64,000 bases of DNA. Origin: Lophium mytilinum (taxonomy: Eukaryota). The translations under genes and the position numbers were made by a program. The stretch lies in assembly GCA_010093605.1 (NCBI GenBank), contig MU004191.1, positions 1,100,816-1,164,815 of the forward strand, in the 5' to 3' direction. The notes beneath the pieces were generated by a model. It was not told where the DNA came from. It was given only the letters and a program-made list of their open reading frames with translations, and made no database searches. Shown here piece by piece: positions 52,276-64,000 of this stretch; position 1 is the stretch's first letter; each line of letters starts with the position of its first letter.

Positions 52276-54363
52276 CTATGTCATCGTCTCATTCTTAGGA
52301 ACACTGGTAAACGCAGCCTGGTCCGTAACAAGCAGCCCAGCAATGCTAGCACTCGACAAAGTCGATATAACACCGGATATCAAAGCGCTCACAGCGAGCC
52401 GCGACACATCACCACTCCTGCCTGGTGAAATCTGGGAGAGCACACCGATCTGCGTGCCGAGCGAGCCGATGTTGCCGAATCCGCACACAGCGTAGGTGGC
52501 GATGAGGCGAGAGCGCGAGGAAAGCGCGGCGTAGGCGACGTCGTTCTGCAGGCTGTTGAAGGCGACGAACTCGTTGGCGATGACCTTGATGCCGATCAGG
52601 CGGCCGACGAGGAGCAGTTCCTTCTTGCTGTCGCCGACACCAAGCAACCATGCAATCGGGAAGCAAACGTAGCCAAGGATGAGCTCCAGAGTAAGATCGT
52701 ACTCGCCGTCGAGGTTGATGTAGCGACCCCACCAGGTGAGGAGGCCGTCGACGAGATGGAGGAGGGCAATGATACAGAGCAGAGTGGCGACGATCATGCC
52801 GCCAATCTTCAATCCCAACCAGGCGCCGTTGGCGAATGCGTGCAGAGCGTTGGCAGCACGGTGTTCGTCGTCATCCGGAATAACGACACGGCCGGCGGTG
52901 AGAGTTTCTTCCTCTTCCGGATACCTGAGCTTGCTGATGGCAAGGGATGCGGGAATACTCATCACGCAAGACGAGATGAGAGCCTGAGGATTGATTCCGA
53001 GACCACTGAGACCGGATTAGTAACCGAATCATCGACTTCCAACTTCAGGAGACTTACATATATGCTACTAGTACACTACCGGCGATGGTGGCAAAGCCAG
53101 AGGTCATGACCTGGTGCAGCTCGGCCTGGGTAAGATGGGCAACGAACGGCTTGATGAGCATAGCGGATTCTCCTTGTCCAATGAAAGGAGAGGCAGACGC
53201 GACAACGGCCTCAGCACCAGACACACGCATGCTCCAGAAGAAGAAGACGGCGAACTTGCCAATGAACCATTGGAGCACTCCCCAGTAGTACAGCAGCTGG
53301 ACGAAGGACACGAAGAAGATGATGGCCGGAACCACACCAGTAAAGAACCAGCCTAGTTTCGGGACCGTGTCGTCCGTCAAGAAAACCACACCATCTTCGG
53401 CGAAACCGAGGAGCTCGCGAGCCAAAGTGGAAATGAACGTGAAGATGTCGTATCCGGCCTGGGTTCGCAGGACAAACAGAGCAATAATGAATTGCACGAG
53501 CATACCAACGATAACGGTGTGCCACACAATCTTGCTCCGATTCCTGGAAGTAATATAGAAGCCGAAGATGAAAACGAGGAGACCGAACAAGCTGATAGCT
53601 CGATTGGCACGGGTGTTGTCCGCGGACTCTTTGCTAGCGAACGAGCCGACAATGATTACAGCAATGGTTCCGGCGGCGCCAGCGGGTACTCTCGCATTCT
53701 CCGGGATGAAGGAGACAAGTCGGACCATGGTGTTGTTCCACACGAAGTGCATTGGCTTTGTCACAATGGTGATGGGCACATAGAAGAAGATCAGTCGCAA
53801 CATGATGGCTCCCCACAGCAGGAATGGGATGATCCAGTTCTTGTCGTCTCGATGGCAGATCAAGCTTGCAATCCACCAGCTGCGCCGACATTAGCCTGGA
53901 CCACACAATGCAATACAAGAGGAGTTCTATAGGCCACTTACCCGGTGAACAACATGGCTAGGAACACATGGAAGACGATCTTAAATTGCGAGTAGAACTT
54001 CGCGAACCGGTGGTTTTGGGGGTCCTCGGTCACACGGGGGCTCAAGCTGTTCTTGTCCTCGACATCCTCGACATTGCCCGCTTCGATGTCCTTCTCCTTC
54101 CCCGGCGCGACAAAGTGCTTCTCCGGCGCGGCATGGTTGCGACGACGCAGATAATCGTCATTGCGGTCTACATCAGGCACCGTCTGTGGCTCGTCGGTGG
54201 TGCCCTTGGAGTAGACGATCTCGTCGGTGCGGCCCTTCTCTGCAAACGCTGAGTGGTGCAGGTGCTTGTGCTGATGCTCGTGGGACACGTCCAGGGCCGG
54301 GTCGGGGTTGGACACCACGCCCACCTGGGGCGAGGCATTGTGCTTGTGCTCTCCGGCGTCCAT
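52276..54363 (-). CDS. CNT1: Concentrative nucleoside transporter (CNT/SLC28)
   Basis: SGAEAVVASASPFIGQGES, MTSGFATIAGSV, NEFVAF, CGFGNIGSLGTQIG; two introns (~53880-53941, ~53010-53058). Confidence 0.94.
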
Positions 54364-54611
54364 GGTATGGGCCTGTGGTGGAGCTGTGGTGGAGCTGGAG
54401 GTGGCAGCGGAATTGAAGAAGCTGTGCGCGGAGAGGAGCTGGCGTGTGGGCCAGTTTAATAGCCGGTCGTGTGCCCCCCCTCTCGGCGGGTCAGTTCACG
54501 ACACCACGGTTGCGATCCTTCGAGGGCTGCAGTGGGCTCGGCTTGATGTAACCTTGGCAACTGCCGCATAAGGCTACTTAGGTGCTGTCGCGCATGGATG
54601 CTTGGAGGCCG

Positions 54612-54871
54612 TCGGTCATCTCCGCCGAGCAGTGGACCAGCAATCGACACAGCGCGCGACCTTGGAGCACCGCGCCCAGGATCTAGCATCGCTGCACGCT
54701 GACCGGAGCAGCAGGACGGCCAGCGGTGGCTGCAACGAGCGGCGGAGAGAGTGGCCTCGGCGTGTCTGGCGATGATAAGGTTGTGTTATCACTTGGCTGA
54801 GGGCCATGATCGTCGAGCGCCTCCAACAAGCGCCCAATCAGCAGCGTGTCATCGCGCCTTGGCCTGATAAA
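54612..54871. promoter_or_regulatory. CGG-N6-CCG site and inverted GATA pair upstream of CNT
   Basis: TCGG-tcatct-CCG 54612-54624; TGATAA-N7-TTATCA 54773-54791; another TGATAA near 54865. Confidence 0.5.
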
Positions 54872-56447
54872 CGAACGGATATTATGGAGTGGCGCCGGAA
54901 GAGGCTCCCTCTTGAGCGTTGAATGCGGCCCGGGTGGCGTTCTGGAAGGCTGCGAGGAAGGCCAACCGTGCCGAAGAGATCGCTGCACGCCCCACATCAG
55001 CTTCCCCAGGCGCTGAAACCGCTATCCGCCTCCCTCTTCGGGCAGTATATGCCGCGCCAACCTGCTGCTCCAAGACATCGTGGACCAGGTCGCTGGTTTA
55101 GGGCATCGTATTATCGTGATATTGATGAGCGGAGCGCGCCTATTACTCTACTTCTGTCCTCGCTCAGCTTGTCACTGGCCTGTTGCTTGTGATATCGCGA
55201 CGGTATCAACGAGACAGCTATTGAGATAGCAAGAGCAGCTGCCTATGGTCAGCAATGAGAGCTAACTAGACCCCGGATATCTCGAGAGGCATACCCATCG
55301 ACCACTGTTCCCAAGAACCGAATACCTGGCCACCGACACGCGAGCTGCACGCTTCAGTACCGTCGGGTTGTTGTTCTATCTAATTGGCCCCACCAACACA
55401 CTGTTGGACGCCTTAACTAAATGCTGACCTCTACCTACATAGGGCACCCCCAGAAGGAACTGTCCCTCTACTGCCAGCACTCTCTAGACTGCACGCGAGT
55501 TCCGCTGCGCAGTCTTTCCCGTCGAAAGAAAAACCTCGTTATCTTCACTGAATCGTAAACGAAAAGGGCTGCTCTCGCCTGTCGTATTGAGTCGATCCAC
55601 CAATATCTTGTTGCAATGGCGGCATCGTGAGCGCCTGGGCAGACATCAATATGCTTGGCGTAGTGCCGCCACTATCTGCGCGGGTTGCTCGAATCCGGGC
55701 CCGAGTTGTGTGAAATATGATAATCTGCCAACGCACGCATGTATGTATCCGATGGGTTTGTACACAATCGCCCTTGGTGTTCGGTTTGTAATGCGACGTT
55801 GAAGCGGACATCGAGTAGCAATGGTAGAAGTTAGCTGGGGAGTGGAACTAGGCAAGTCTAAGGTGCAATTTTTTTCAACGTCAACCGCCTCACTAGAGAA
55901 GCGCTTTGTTCTGGGTTTGTTTCCATGTTATTGTGATGGAGATCGAGAATCCGAATCGTAGTACGGGGCTAGTACCATCCAGTCAAACAAGGCCCTACAA
56001 AACGGGTATCAAAGTCCATACACCACCTGAGTCTCATGTGACCAGTGAATTAAAACTTAGTCTAAGCTATTCGAGTTCTCCCCGACCTCTAACATGGTAG
56101 TGCCCAGGCAGTGAACGAGTCACTTGACTAGAGAGTTGCAAAGTCTGTCAACGTATCTTTGTTCTCATGTTGATCTAAAGATATACGGACAAATCAAAGA
56201 AATTCCCTTTCCGAAGAAATGCCATGTTCGCGATTTCCTCCCTTCGCGAACTCATTATCGTATATCCATCAAGGATGACCGTACTTGTATGGTATCCCGC
56301 TAGGCAGCATTTGAACAATAAATCCTACAACCGTATGCAAATGCATCCATTGTGTCCATGTGCCTGAATTTCTAGTAGTTTAATGCGCCAGGAAAGCCAC
56401 TCTCGTTCCCTTTGTATGCGCTGAACTGTAGAGGGTCTTGAGCTCCC

Positions 56448-57527
56448 TTATATGGATAGTGCCATGACAGAGCTGATAATATCGTTATGGTTTGTCTTCA
56501 GAGCCGTGACTGCCTTCGCCCTTGAGACACTAGTCTGTTGCATGATCAATCCAATGTTCTTAGCTTTAAGGCCAGTTTTGTTGACCAATTCGATGTCTTT
56601 ACCTTTTAAGCCAGTTTTGCTGGCGGCTTCTGGAGTGCGACTTCCGGATAGTGATCTGCTATCGGGAGTATGAATTGTCGACGTTCGACTGCTCCGCGAT
56701 CTTGGACGAATAATCTTTCGGATTGCAAGCTGAGTTTCAGTCGCCGGTTTAGGTAGGTCGGGATAGTAGTAAGAATCCTTATTAATGAAACGATCATCCC
56801 TGTCGATGTATGGACCATTAAACTCAGGTGGATATTCAACTCTGGAGTTGGAATTTTCACCGATATCCTTCTTTGTTGTAGCAGGCTGGTCTTGCTCCTT
56901 TTTCCGCATCCGTGGCTCCGTGCTCACAAGATATTGTTTCAAGCTTACCTCGAAAGGTGCTTTGTCGTTCAGGTAATAGTTCCGAACTCGCTTCATCTGC
57001 ACTAGCGCAAAGTCTTCGATGAATTCCGAATGAAACTGCGAAAGTTGGGACTCAAATACCTCAACGCTAATTCCCCACGCACAGATTTCCACCACCAGGC
57101 GCCTGATCGCAGAGCCCTGCATGCTGCGTTCGTAGAGATTTTCCACTAGGTCTGGAGCTATATTTCCAACTCGACCCTGAGCGAACTTCTCCGCCATCTT
57201 CGAGACAACCGCATTGCATAGCGCCGGCACTTCATACTTGTCGGCGAGGATCCATAAATAGATTGCCTCGGACCAGGAGGGGAGCGTTGTGCTCTGGAAG
57301 ACGCGGCCAGTGTACAGCCAGGCCAGGAACTCAGCGAAGGCGTCTGGGTCATCGTCCGGGAGCGGGATCATTCGGGTAGAGGCCTCGACGAAGCGGCCGT
57401 TCAGCGCGTTGTCGAAAAAGGCGGAATTCGCGCATAGGAGCTCAATATGCGCATCGAAGGGGACAGCGTCCGCGCCAACACTGAGATTGCAGATGCCTCC
57501 TGTGAGTATGCTGCCAGAAATGAGCAT
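56448..57527 (-). CDS. BTB/POZ-domain protein with C-terminal NAC-alpha-type UBA domain
   Basis: BTB: VG...[26 protein letters not shown]...[33 protein letters not shown]-terminus [32 protein letters not shown]. True start is uncertain (intron-like sequence upstream to ~57657). Confidence 0.8.
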   Translation of the reverse strand: MLISGSILTGGICNLSVGADAVPFDAHIELLCANSAFFDNALNGRFVEASTRMIPLPDDDPDAFAEFLAWLYTGRVFQSTTLPSWSEAIYLWILADKYEVPALCNAVVSKMAEKFAQGRVGNIAPDLVENLYERSMQGSAIRRLVVEICAWGISVEVFESQLSQFHSEFIEDFALVQMKRVRNYYLNDKAPFEVSLKQYLVSTEPRMRKKEQDQPATTKKDIGENSNSRVEYPPEFNGPYIDRDDRFINKDSYYYPDLPKPATETQLAIRKIIRPRSRSSRTSTIHTPDSRSLSGSRTPEAASKTGLKGKDIELVNKTGLKAKNIGLIMQQTSVSRAKAVTALKTNHNDIISSVMALSI

Positions 57528-57993
57528 TTAGTCATTGATGGAGGCTGGGGTGCTTGTACGCGCGAGTTAGGGGTGTCATGGTGATATGGCTTCATCTATG
57601 AGTTATTAGTTTTCGTGATGAGGGAATGAGGGTCATAAAACGTACTGTTTGTATCATCCCCAGCTCAAGAACTAAAACTAGTGCGCTATTCTTAGGGGTG
57701 CGTTAAAACGTATTGTCCGTTTAATTTTTAGCTCACGAAACACTAGCCTCGTTACTACTTTTCTTCTGTGCCTATGAATACTCGTTAGCTACCTCTTATA
57801 GCCCGTCACAGCTATAAGCATTTGCGAGGCTGGGACTTTGCTGTTAGCATAGCGAGAAAAGGCTCCGTAAACCAGCGTTGAAAACGTCGATTTTCCGAGG
57901 GGTGTTTCCCCGACACCCGCATTTGTGTGTAGATTTACCTCCAGTTCTACACGTAGACGTAAGAGCTTTCTATCATAGAAAAAAAATCAGAGC

Positions 57994-58238
57994 GTGCACG
58001 ATATTGGAGGCGATAACACGTCGTAAAGGACATAATAATATAAGAATTTGTAGCATATTATCATGAGAATTCATGTTCAGGTTGTGCACGACATCGGCGG
58101 CGCTCCGATGTCGTCAAGGATATAACATCACGAGGAATTATACTGTAAATTCATATAAAGCCATGTTCAGGTCGTTCACAACATTAGAGGCAGTCATATA
58201 TTATTACGAGGAACTATACTATAAATTCATGTGAGCCT
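57994..58238. repeat. Degenerate 90-bp-period tandem repeat (~3 copies)
   Basis: Units begin gtgcacgatattggaggc (57994), gtgcacgacatcggcggc (58084), gttcacaacattagaggc (58174). Confidence 0.75.
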
Positions 58239-58957
58239 ATGTCTTAGCTGTGTTTTGATTATTTGCAACAACAATGGTACTATTCCAGGTGAGCGAGTCT
58301 ACTCTCAGTTCCCCCTTTAGCACTTCACGAGTACCAGAACCTAACTTTTGTCACCACGGTATGGCACATTGAGTAGCTTAAAGACGCAATACCTCATGAA
58401 TAAGACGAATAGTACGTAGTTGCGTTTCGCAGCTGCGAAATCTGGAGTCTATGGTTGCGTTGTATTAAACCCTGCAATAGATGCTTCTCGGATTTTATCG
58501 CGGTGGAAAGTTTTGTGCCTGCAGGGACTAAGGCTAGGAGAGTTTTATTGCCATAGCGGAGGTACGAATCTTAATGCTGGGATAAAGTAGTCCAGATGGC
58601 AAGAGAACAAATCAGAGTAGACTCAACGTTTGTGAAGAGGCTGGCTGAAGGCGCCGCTCGACTATATGAAGCTGAAGAAAGAGACTCTTTGATGAGGAAC
58701 GAACGATAAAAGACGTAAGACTGACTAGCAGAAGCCTTGTGTAAGAGTGATGATTAATTTAGTATGAGACAGCTCCACCATATCTCAAGTCCTGCTGAGC
58801 GAAGTCTGCCTGTACCTGATCAGAAGTACCAGCTGCCTGAAAAGAGGGTTGATGACAAGTCCAGCCCATATCCCTTTAGCCTGAACGCCTTGCGCAGACT
58901 CCCTGAAACTGTGGTATAGTTGTGCGCCAATATACATGCGAGAATGAGCAGGATCGA

Positions 58958-60364
58958 TTACAGGAACACCTTCTTCGCCTCCCGAGGATGGCTTTCCGCA
59001 GGGCAGTATGGACACTTGAACCTTGCTCCTTTGCTCAGTTTGTCTAAAGACTCCTTTGCGATCACATGACCGCATGGCATCATCATGGGCGGGTTTTGGT
59101 CAGTCGCTTGCTCTTTCGAGACAGGGCAGACGAAAATGGAATGGAAGTGGTATGCTGGTGGTAGTGGTATTTCAACCTTGGTATCTAGTGTTAGCAAAAT
59201 GACAAACTGAATAATGAGCTAAGGCTTACTGGGAGTTCATTTTGGGTTGTCCACTCAGTGCGCTTGTCTTTCATGATCTTTTGCAATTTCAAAAGAGTGG
59301 GTAACGCGATGGCCCCAGCGGTTGCAGCAATATACAGTGGTGAATCCGCTGAGAGCCCCAAGAGTGAACAGAACTCCCGCGTGAATGAAGTTGCCACCTC
59401 TTCCCATGCAGAGTCGTTGTAGAAGATCCGGCGATATGGTGACTCGGACATATTGTAGGCAAAGGGCATTGCTGCAGCCAGCTCCGATACCTCTTTCCCG
59501 TATCGATGCTGGAAAGGTCCAAAGTCGCTTCTTGCATACTGCATCGCTCTGAGGACCCCAAGTATAGGGTCCGCGGGTGGTCCTTGTATATCGCCACCCT
59601 TGAACAAGCACACAAATTGCAGCCGGCATAGCTCAAACTCCAAATTGCTGCCTCGGTTTTCAAGCTCGATACTACGCTCCCTCGCCCACGCTATTGCTGG
59701 AGCAAGATTCTTCTGTTGCTTGAGCTCATGTAGTATGTGGTACATCTCTGCAAATTGCTGCTGCAATTTTTGCGAATTGAACGTTCCATTTGCGAGGTCC
59801 TTCTCCCAGGCTTCCTGCATATACGGATCTGGTGTTCCTGGCGTGGGCTCGGGATGTGGTGGGTGTGCATTTGCCTCTTCGATGAAGGTTGCAGCAACGG
59901 AGAACTGGCCCTCACGGAGTAAGTGCATGGCGATTGCTCGATTCACCAGGGACGGATGGGATGATAGCGCATCATTCTCGGCGGTTGGAAGGGGTTTGTC
60001 TTTGAACATCTGGAGCACGCAGCGTCAGCGTTGGCGGGGACATGAGGCCTAGGAGCGTGTACGTTTGTCACAGCCTTCTGGTAGTTGTTGAGACCCTGGT
60101 GTACGGGCTTCAGGTCTCGGTTGACCCTGTCGAAAGATTGCTGGACGGAGTTCTGGAGCTTCGCCAGCGTAACGGGAGCAGCACTCGTTTCTAAGGTTCA
60201 TCTAAGCTTGCGTTCACCACAGCGCTCTGGAAGGGAAATATACCGGCCGCAATAGCCTGGCGTGCATGAAGCAGCAGGTCGATGGTCTTCTGGACATCGT
60301 CGATAGTCTTCCCCAGGTTGTTCTCCTTCTGGAGCTGCTCTACTTCTTGCTGAAGGGCTTCCAT
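58958..60364 (-). CDS. RMD5: GID/CTLH complex E3 ligase subunit Rmd5
   Basis: LisH ([19 protein letters not shown]), CTLH (GSNLEFEL), CRA ([13 protein letters not shown]), degenerate [17 protein letters not shown]...CGHVI...FKCPYCP; three introns. Confidence 0.94.
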
Positions 60365-60885
60365 GGAGGCGGTGGAGGAAGTCTGGGGACTAAGTCGGCG
60401 TAGCAAACGGGTGAGGCGAGTTCACGGTGTATTTTCAGATAGATAATAGGGCTCTGGTCGGCGGGCAGTCACAGGCGGCGTGTCCATGGCAGAGCAGGCA
60501 GGGTTCGACGCGGCGGCGGTGGTGTTGAGAGAGCTGCGGGTGATCTGCTCATGGCCGCCGTGACGTGGGGCTCGAAGCTCGAGCCGGCTTAACTGCTCCT
60601 GTCTGAACTATCTTGACTATGGACTGCATGCTTCACCAACAACCCAACAAGCGCACGCCTGGGCTGGCTACATTCGATCCATCTGACTAGTTATGCCCTC
60701 TTTGTCTCCAGCGCATTCACAATCTCATCCTTCACCGCGCCCGGCTTCGTCGTCTGCAGAGCTGGGCACCCCGTGCTCTCTGCACGCCGACCGCGACAAC
60801 TACAAGATGCTCCCTGCCTCATGACCCGACTTGACCACTCTACCTAAGCCGGGAGCTGTACAAATTTCGAGAGTCTACCACCGCT

Positions 60886-63634
60886 ATGTCTGACCATTCT
60901 CGGCAGCCCGCGCCGGACAGGCTTTCATCGACGAGCCTCCCGCCAATCCAAACAGCTATTCCAGACTCGAGTTCCGGTGGAAAGCCAACAGCCCAGAATG
61001 GAGATGCTACTCCTCTCAGTCGTGCATCCTTGGATAGCACCACGAGGAAGTCGCCAATCCAGGGCAGCCATCAGCGTTTCGTCTTCACCGACCCTGTGGC
61101 CTTTCGGTACAAACCCATTAGCAGTTACATGCCCCGTCGCACAGCTGACCAGTTCTAGCTATCTCGAAGAAGACCCGTCTACCCAAGTCCTAGCTCGCCG
61201 ACAGACGCTGGAGGGTTACGAAATCTACTTGGTAGAGCAATGGGCTTGCTCCCGTACCCACCCGACATTCATAGTCACCACCTATACCGGAGACCCTGCA
61301 CACAAAGTCGTCACCAATGTGTTGAGCATCCCAACAGACGAAAGTACATGGTCCCCTCAACTCAGGGTCTACTTCAAGGCCCTGAATCAATACCACGCGC
61401 GGAGAAGGGAAACGAAACAGGGAACACTGATGATCACAAACATGAGCAGCTTCCCTTCGTCCTTGACCGTCATAGCAGTGCCTGACGGGGACCCAAAGGC
61501 ACATCGCGAGCTCTTCTTTGTGAATGAGAACCTTAAGAGGCTAAACTGTTCCGGACGACTGGGAATCAAACTCGCGGAACCAAGCAACGCAGCCAAGGCT
61601 AAGTTCCATCAGCTCTACCGGACAAGCGACAAGATTCCTTTGTATGGGGCCGTGATCGAACTTGTCAAACTGTGTCAAGTTGCCCTGGTTCTCTTCGGGA
61701 AGCTTGAGCCCGAATACGCCGACGGTCTACTCTGCGATGTTACAGAGAAAGCCATCAATGACTGGTGGGTGGAATTTGGAACGGAATTCTTTAACATTGA
61801 GCCTCAGGATGGTATCCTTGGGCCCACTACTGTAGCTGCCTTGTTAGGGATGCTAATGGGCGCACGGAATCGATTAAGCGCCTTCAACGCGCCCGTCTCT
61901 AAGGACGTCTTTGATATCGATTCGACGAAGCGCGGCATCGCACACTTCCAAAAGTCTCAACGAATGCAACGAACAAGACGTCTGGACCGCCAGACAATGG
62001 AGGTCCTACGACGAGCAACCGCGAAAGCAGCTAGTGGAGAGGGGTGGAGCGTACCAAAAGCAGTGAAATCGACAGTGGCAGAGCTTAGTGGAAAAGGGGG
62101 AGAAATGATGATGGGAATGGTTGGTCGCGACAAAGCTGGAATTGCAGAGGTTGAGACTGTGGATCTCGAAAGATTTGTCGAGCTTGTCCATGGAGAGCGA
62201 GCGAAATGGCTGTGGTATGGCAAATTGCGAAAGTCTACCACGAACGACATGTTTAGTCGACTACCAGAGGAAGAAAGTATGATATTCCAGAAGGATGACC
62301 AAGGTGGCTATGCTTGGTCGAGACAGAGAAGAGAGTCTATGATGGACAATCAACCCGTACGACGACGCGATACGGAAGGAGATCGGCCCACAGACGCGCA
62401 TTCCACGTTTGATGGTTTTGAGAGGGATCCGTTCTCCAAACGAGCGGTTCTGAAGAAGGCTACTGGGAAGATTGATGCTCGAAGCGGATTTGGTCGAATC
62501 AAAGAAGCTGTCGGACGGCGAAGTCATCAGCCAAAGTCGTCGAAAGACGAGAATGGAAATATGGCAGCGCCACAAACTAGACCCAGCGATAGCTCTGCTT
62601 CCCAACGATTAAGTAGGATTGTATCGGAAGATTCACCGATCCTTAGAAAAACGGATTCTAGAGACTCTACGTACGATCCTGAAAGCGTGCCAACTTCGAC
62701 TATATCACTTCGGGGCAATAATTTCTTTCGTACGGAGCTGGGACCGGCAATTGCAAAGACATTAACAGAAACGCCTCAGGAGACACAGGATGCTTTCATA
62801 AGAGACCATGGATTAGCCAATGGCGAGGATCAGATTGAAGGTGATATTGCGCGAAAGGACGACACGGACAACGAAACGAAACCTCCTACGGCTAACACAT
62901 CTATCGCGGGCTCGGTATATAGAGGAGTCGACCTTACCAACCTCTTTCCACCAGGTGACGCAAGCCAGGATTGTGGGCAGCTGCTGCGCAAGACCCAGAG
63001 CTTTGAAGACCTTTCTCGGTATCACGCTGAGTCACGAAACGACGCCTGGTGGCCTCGTCATTTGTCTTTTAGCATGACTGAGGAGAGTATCCTCACTTGG
63101 AAGCCAATTGCGAGCGAACGCAAGGAAGATCCAGATCTAAAAGCGCCCCCTAAAGTCGAGATGAAGAAACAACTGGCCCTCGCTGAAGATGCGAAGCGTA
63201 TGCGTGAGCGGTTGACCTTGCTGGACAACCTTGAAGGTTCTTGGGTAGAGGAGCGTATTGGCAGTATCCAAGAATTGAGCACTCAAGCAGACCTCGATAC
63301 TCAAGAACTCGAGACTCTGTTCTATCCACGCCAAGACGAGTACCAAGCTCTCCGAGAAGACGCACATGAGATCATGACAACGGAGCGGTTAAGACTGCAA
63401 GATGCCGCCAAAGACATGGAAGTTCTTGGCGCGAAACTCGAATATGAGATCAACGGCTTGAGAAGTAGAGTCGATGACGCAGATGACGCCTTAGCCGAGT
63501 ACGAGAGACAGGTCAAGACGGTTGAAGATAAAGTCAAGGAACTGGAGGATTTCAGAAGAGAGAAGGAGAACTGGGTTCATTGGATGTTTCGCATCATGAC
63601 AGGCATCGGAAGACCGCCTGAGCCTTCGTCGTAA
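60886..63634 (+). CDS. Sin3-binding protein Stb2/Stb6-like
   Basis: FVFTDPVAFR|YLEEDP, GYEIYLVEQWACSR, DGLLCDVTEKAI, DGILGPTTVAALLG, C-terminal coiled coil; intron 61107-61158. Confidence 0.85.
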
Positions 63635-64000
63635 AGTACATGTATGAGAGATGATATGATATGTAAGACTGTAAGATTCATCGGCCTGAACGAGGAACCG
63701 ATTGTAACTGCTAGGTAGTGTGCTTATGATTCATTGTTCTTTTCCAACTCTTCTTCCTGTGCCTGTTGTGCATGTTTCAAAATCAACCAGTTGTGCTTAC
63801 TTCATCTACTCTACCTAGGAGAGGGACAGCATGCAGCATTACCCGACGAGCTAGTGTCTTCCCAGGAACGCCCAGCCAAGAGAAACCCAGGGCCTTCTTT
63901 CGAGACACGTCAAGCACGCTAGAACTCTTCGAGCCTTCAAGGTGTGTTAGTCCGGCACAGCCGGATAATTCTAAGACATTACATTCACCAAATGGAGTTC

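Overview
Eukaryotic, intron-containing DNA from a filamentous ascomycete (Pezizomycotina): short GT-AG introns with CTRAC/CTAAY branch sites and one 55-nt N gap. Most of the window is conserved housekeeping genes: group III hybrid histidine kinase (Nik1/Os-1), Laa2/DUF5102-like, Nsp1, mitochondrial ATPase inhibitor, 14-3-3, SCOC-like, Cdc20, Ral2-like kelch-BTB, Nit3 omega-amidase, PAF-acetylhydrolase, Dur3, CNT, Rmd5 and Stb2/6-like. Two things stand out. (1) An accessory block at 26.5-36.4 kb, next to a decayed repeat-rich zone, encodes three GT25-type glycosyltransferases, a DUF3431 protein and a membrane-anchored pepsin-fold protein lacking both catalytic aspartates. The exact 12-mer TGCGGCACAGCA sits about 60-130 nt upstream of four of these five genes, which suggests a co-regulated cell-surface glycosylation cluster. 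(2) A BTB/POZ protein ends in a NAC-alpha (Egd2)-type UBA domain with a partial internal duplication. All calls were made by eye and from recalled family motifs; no searches were run.
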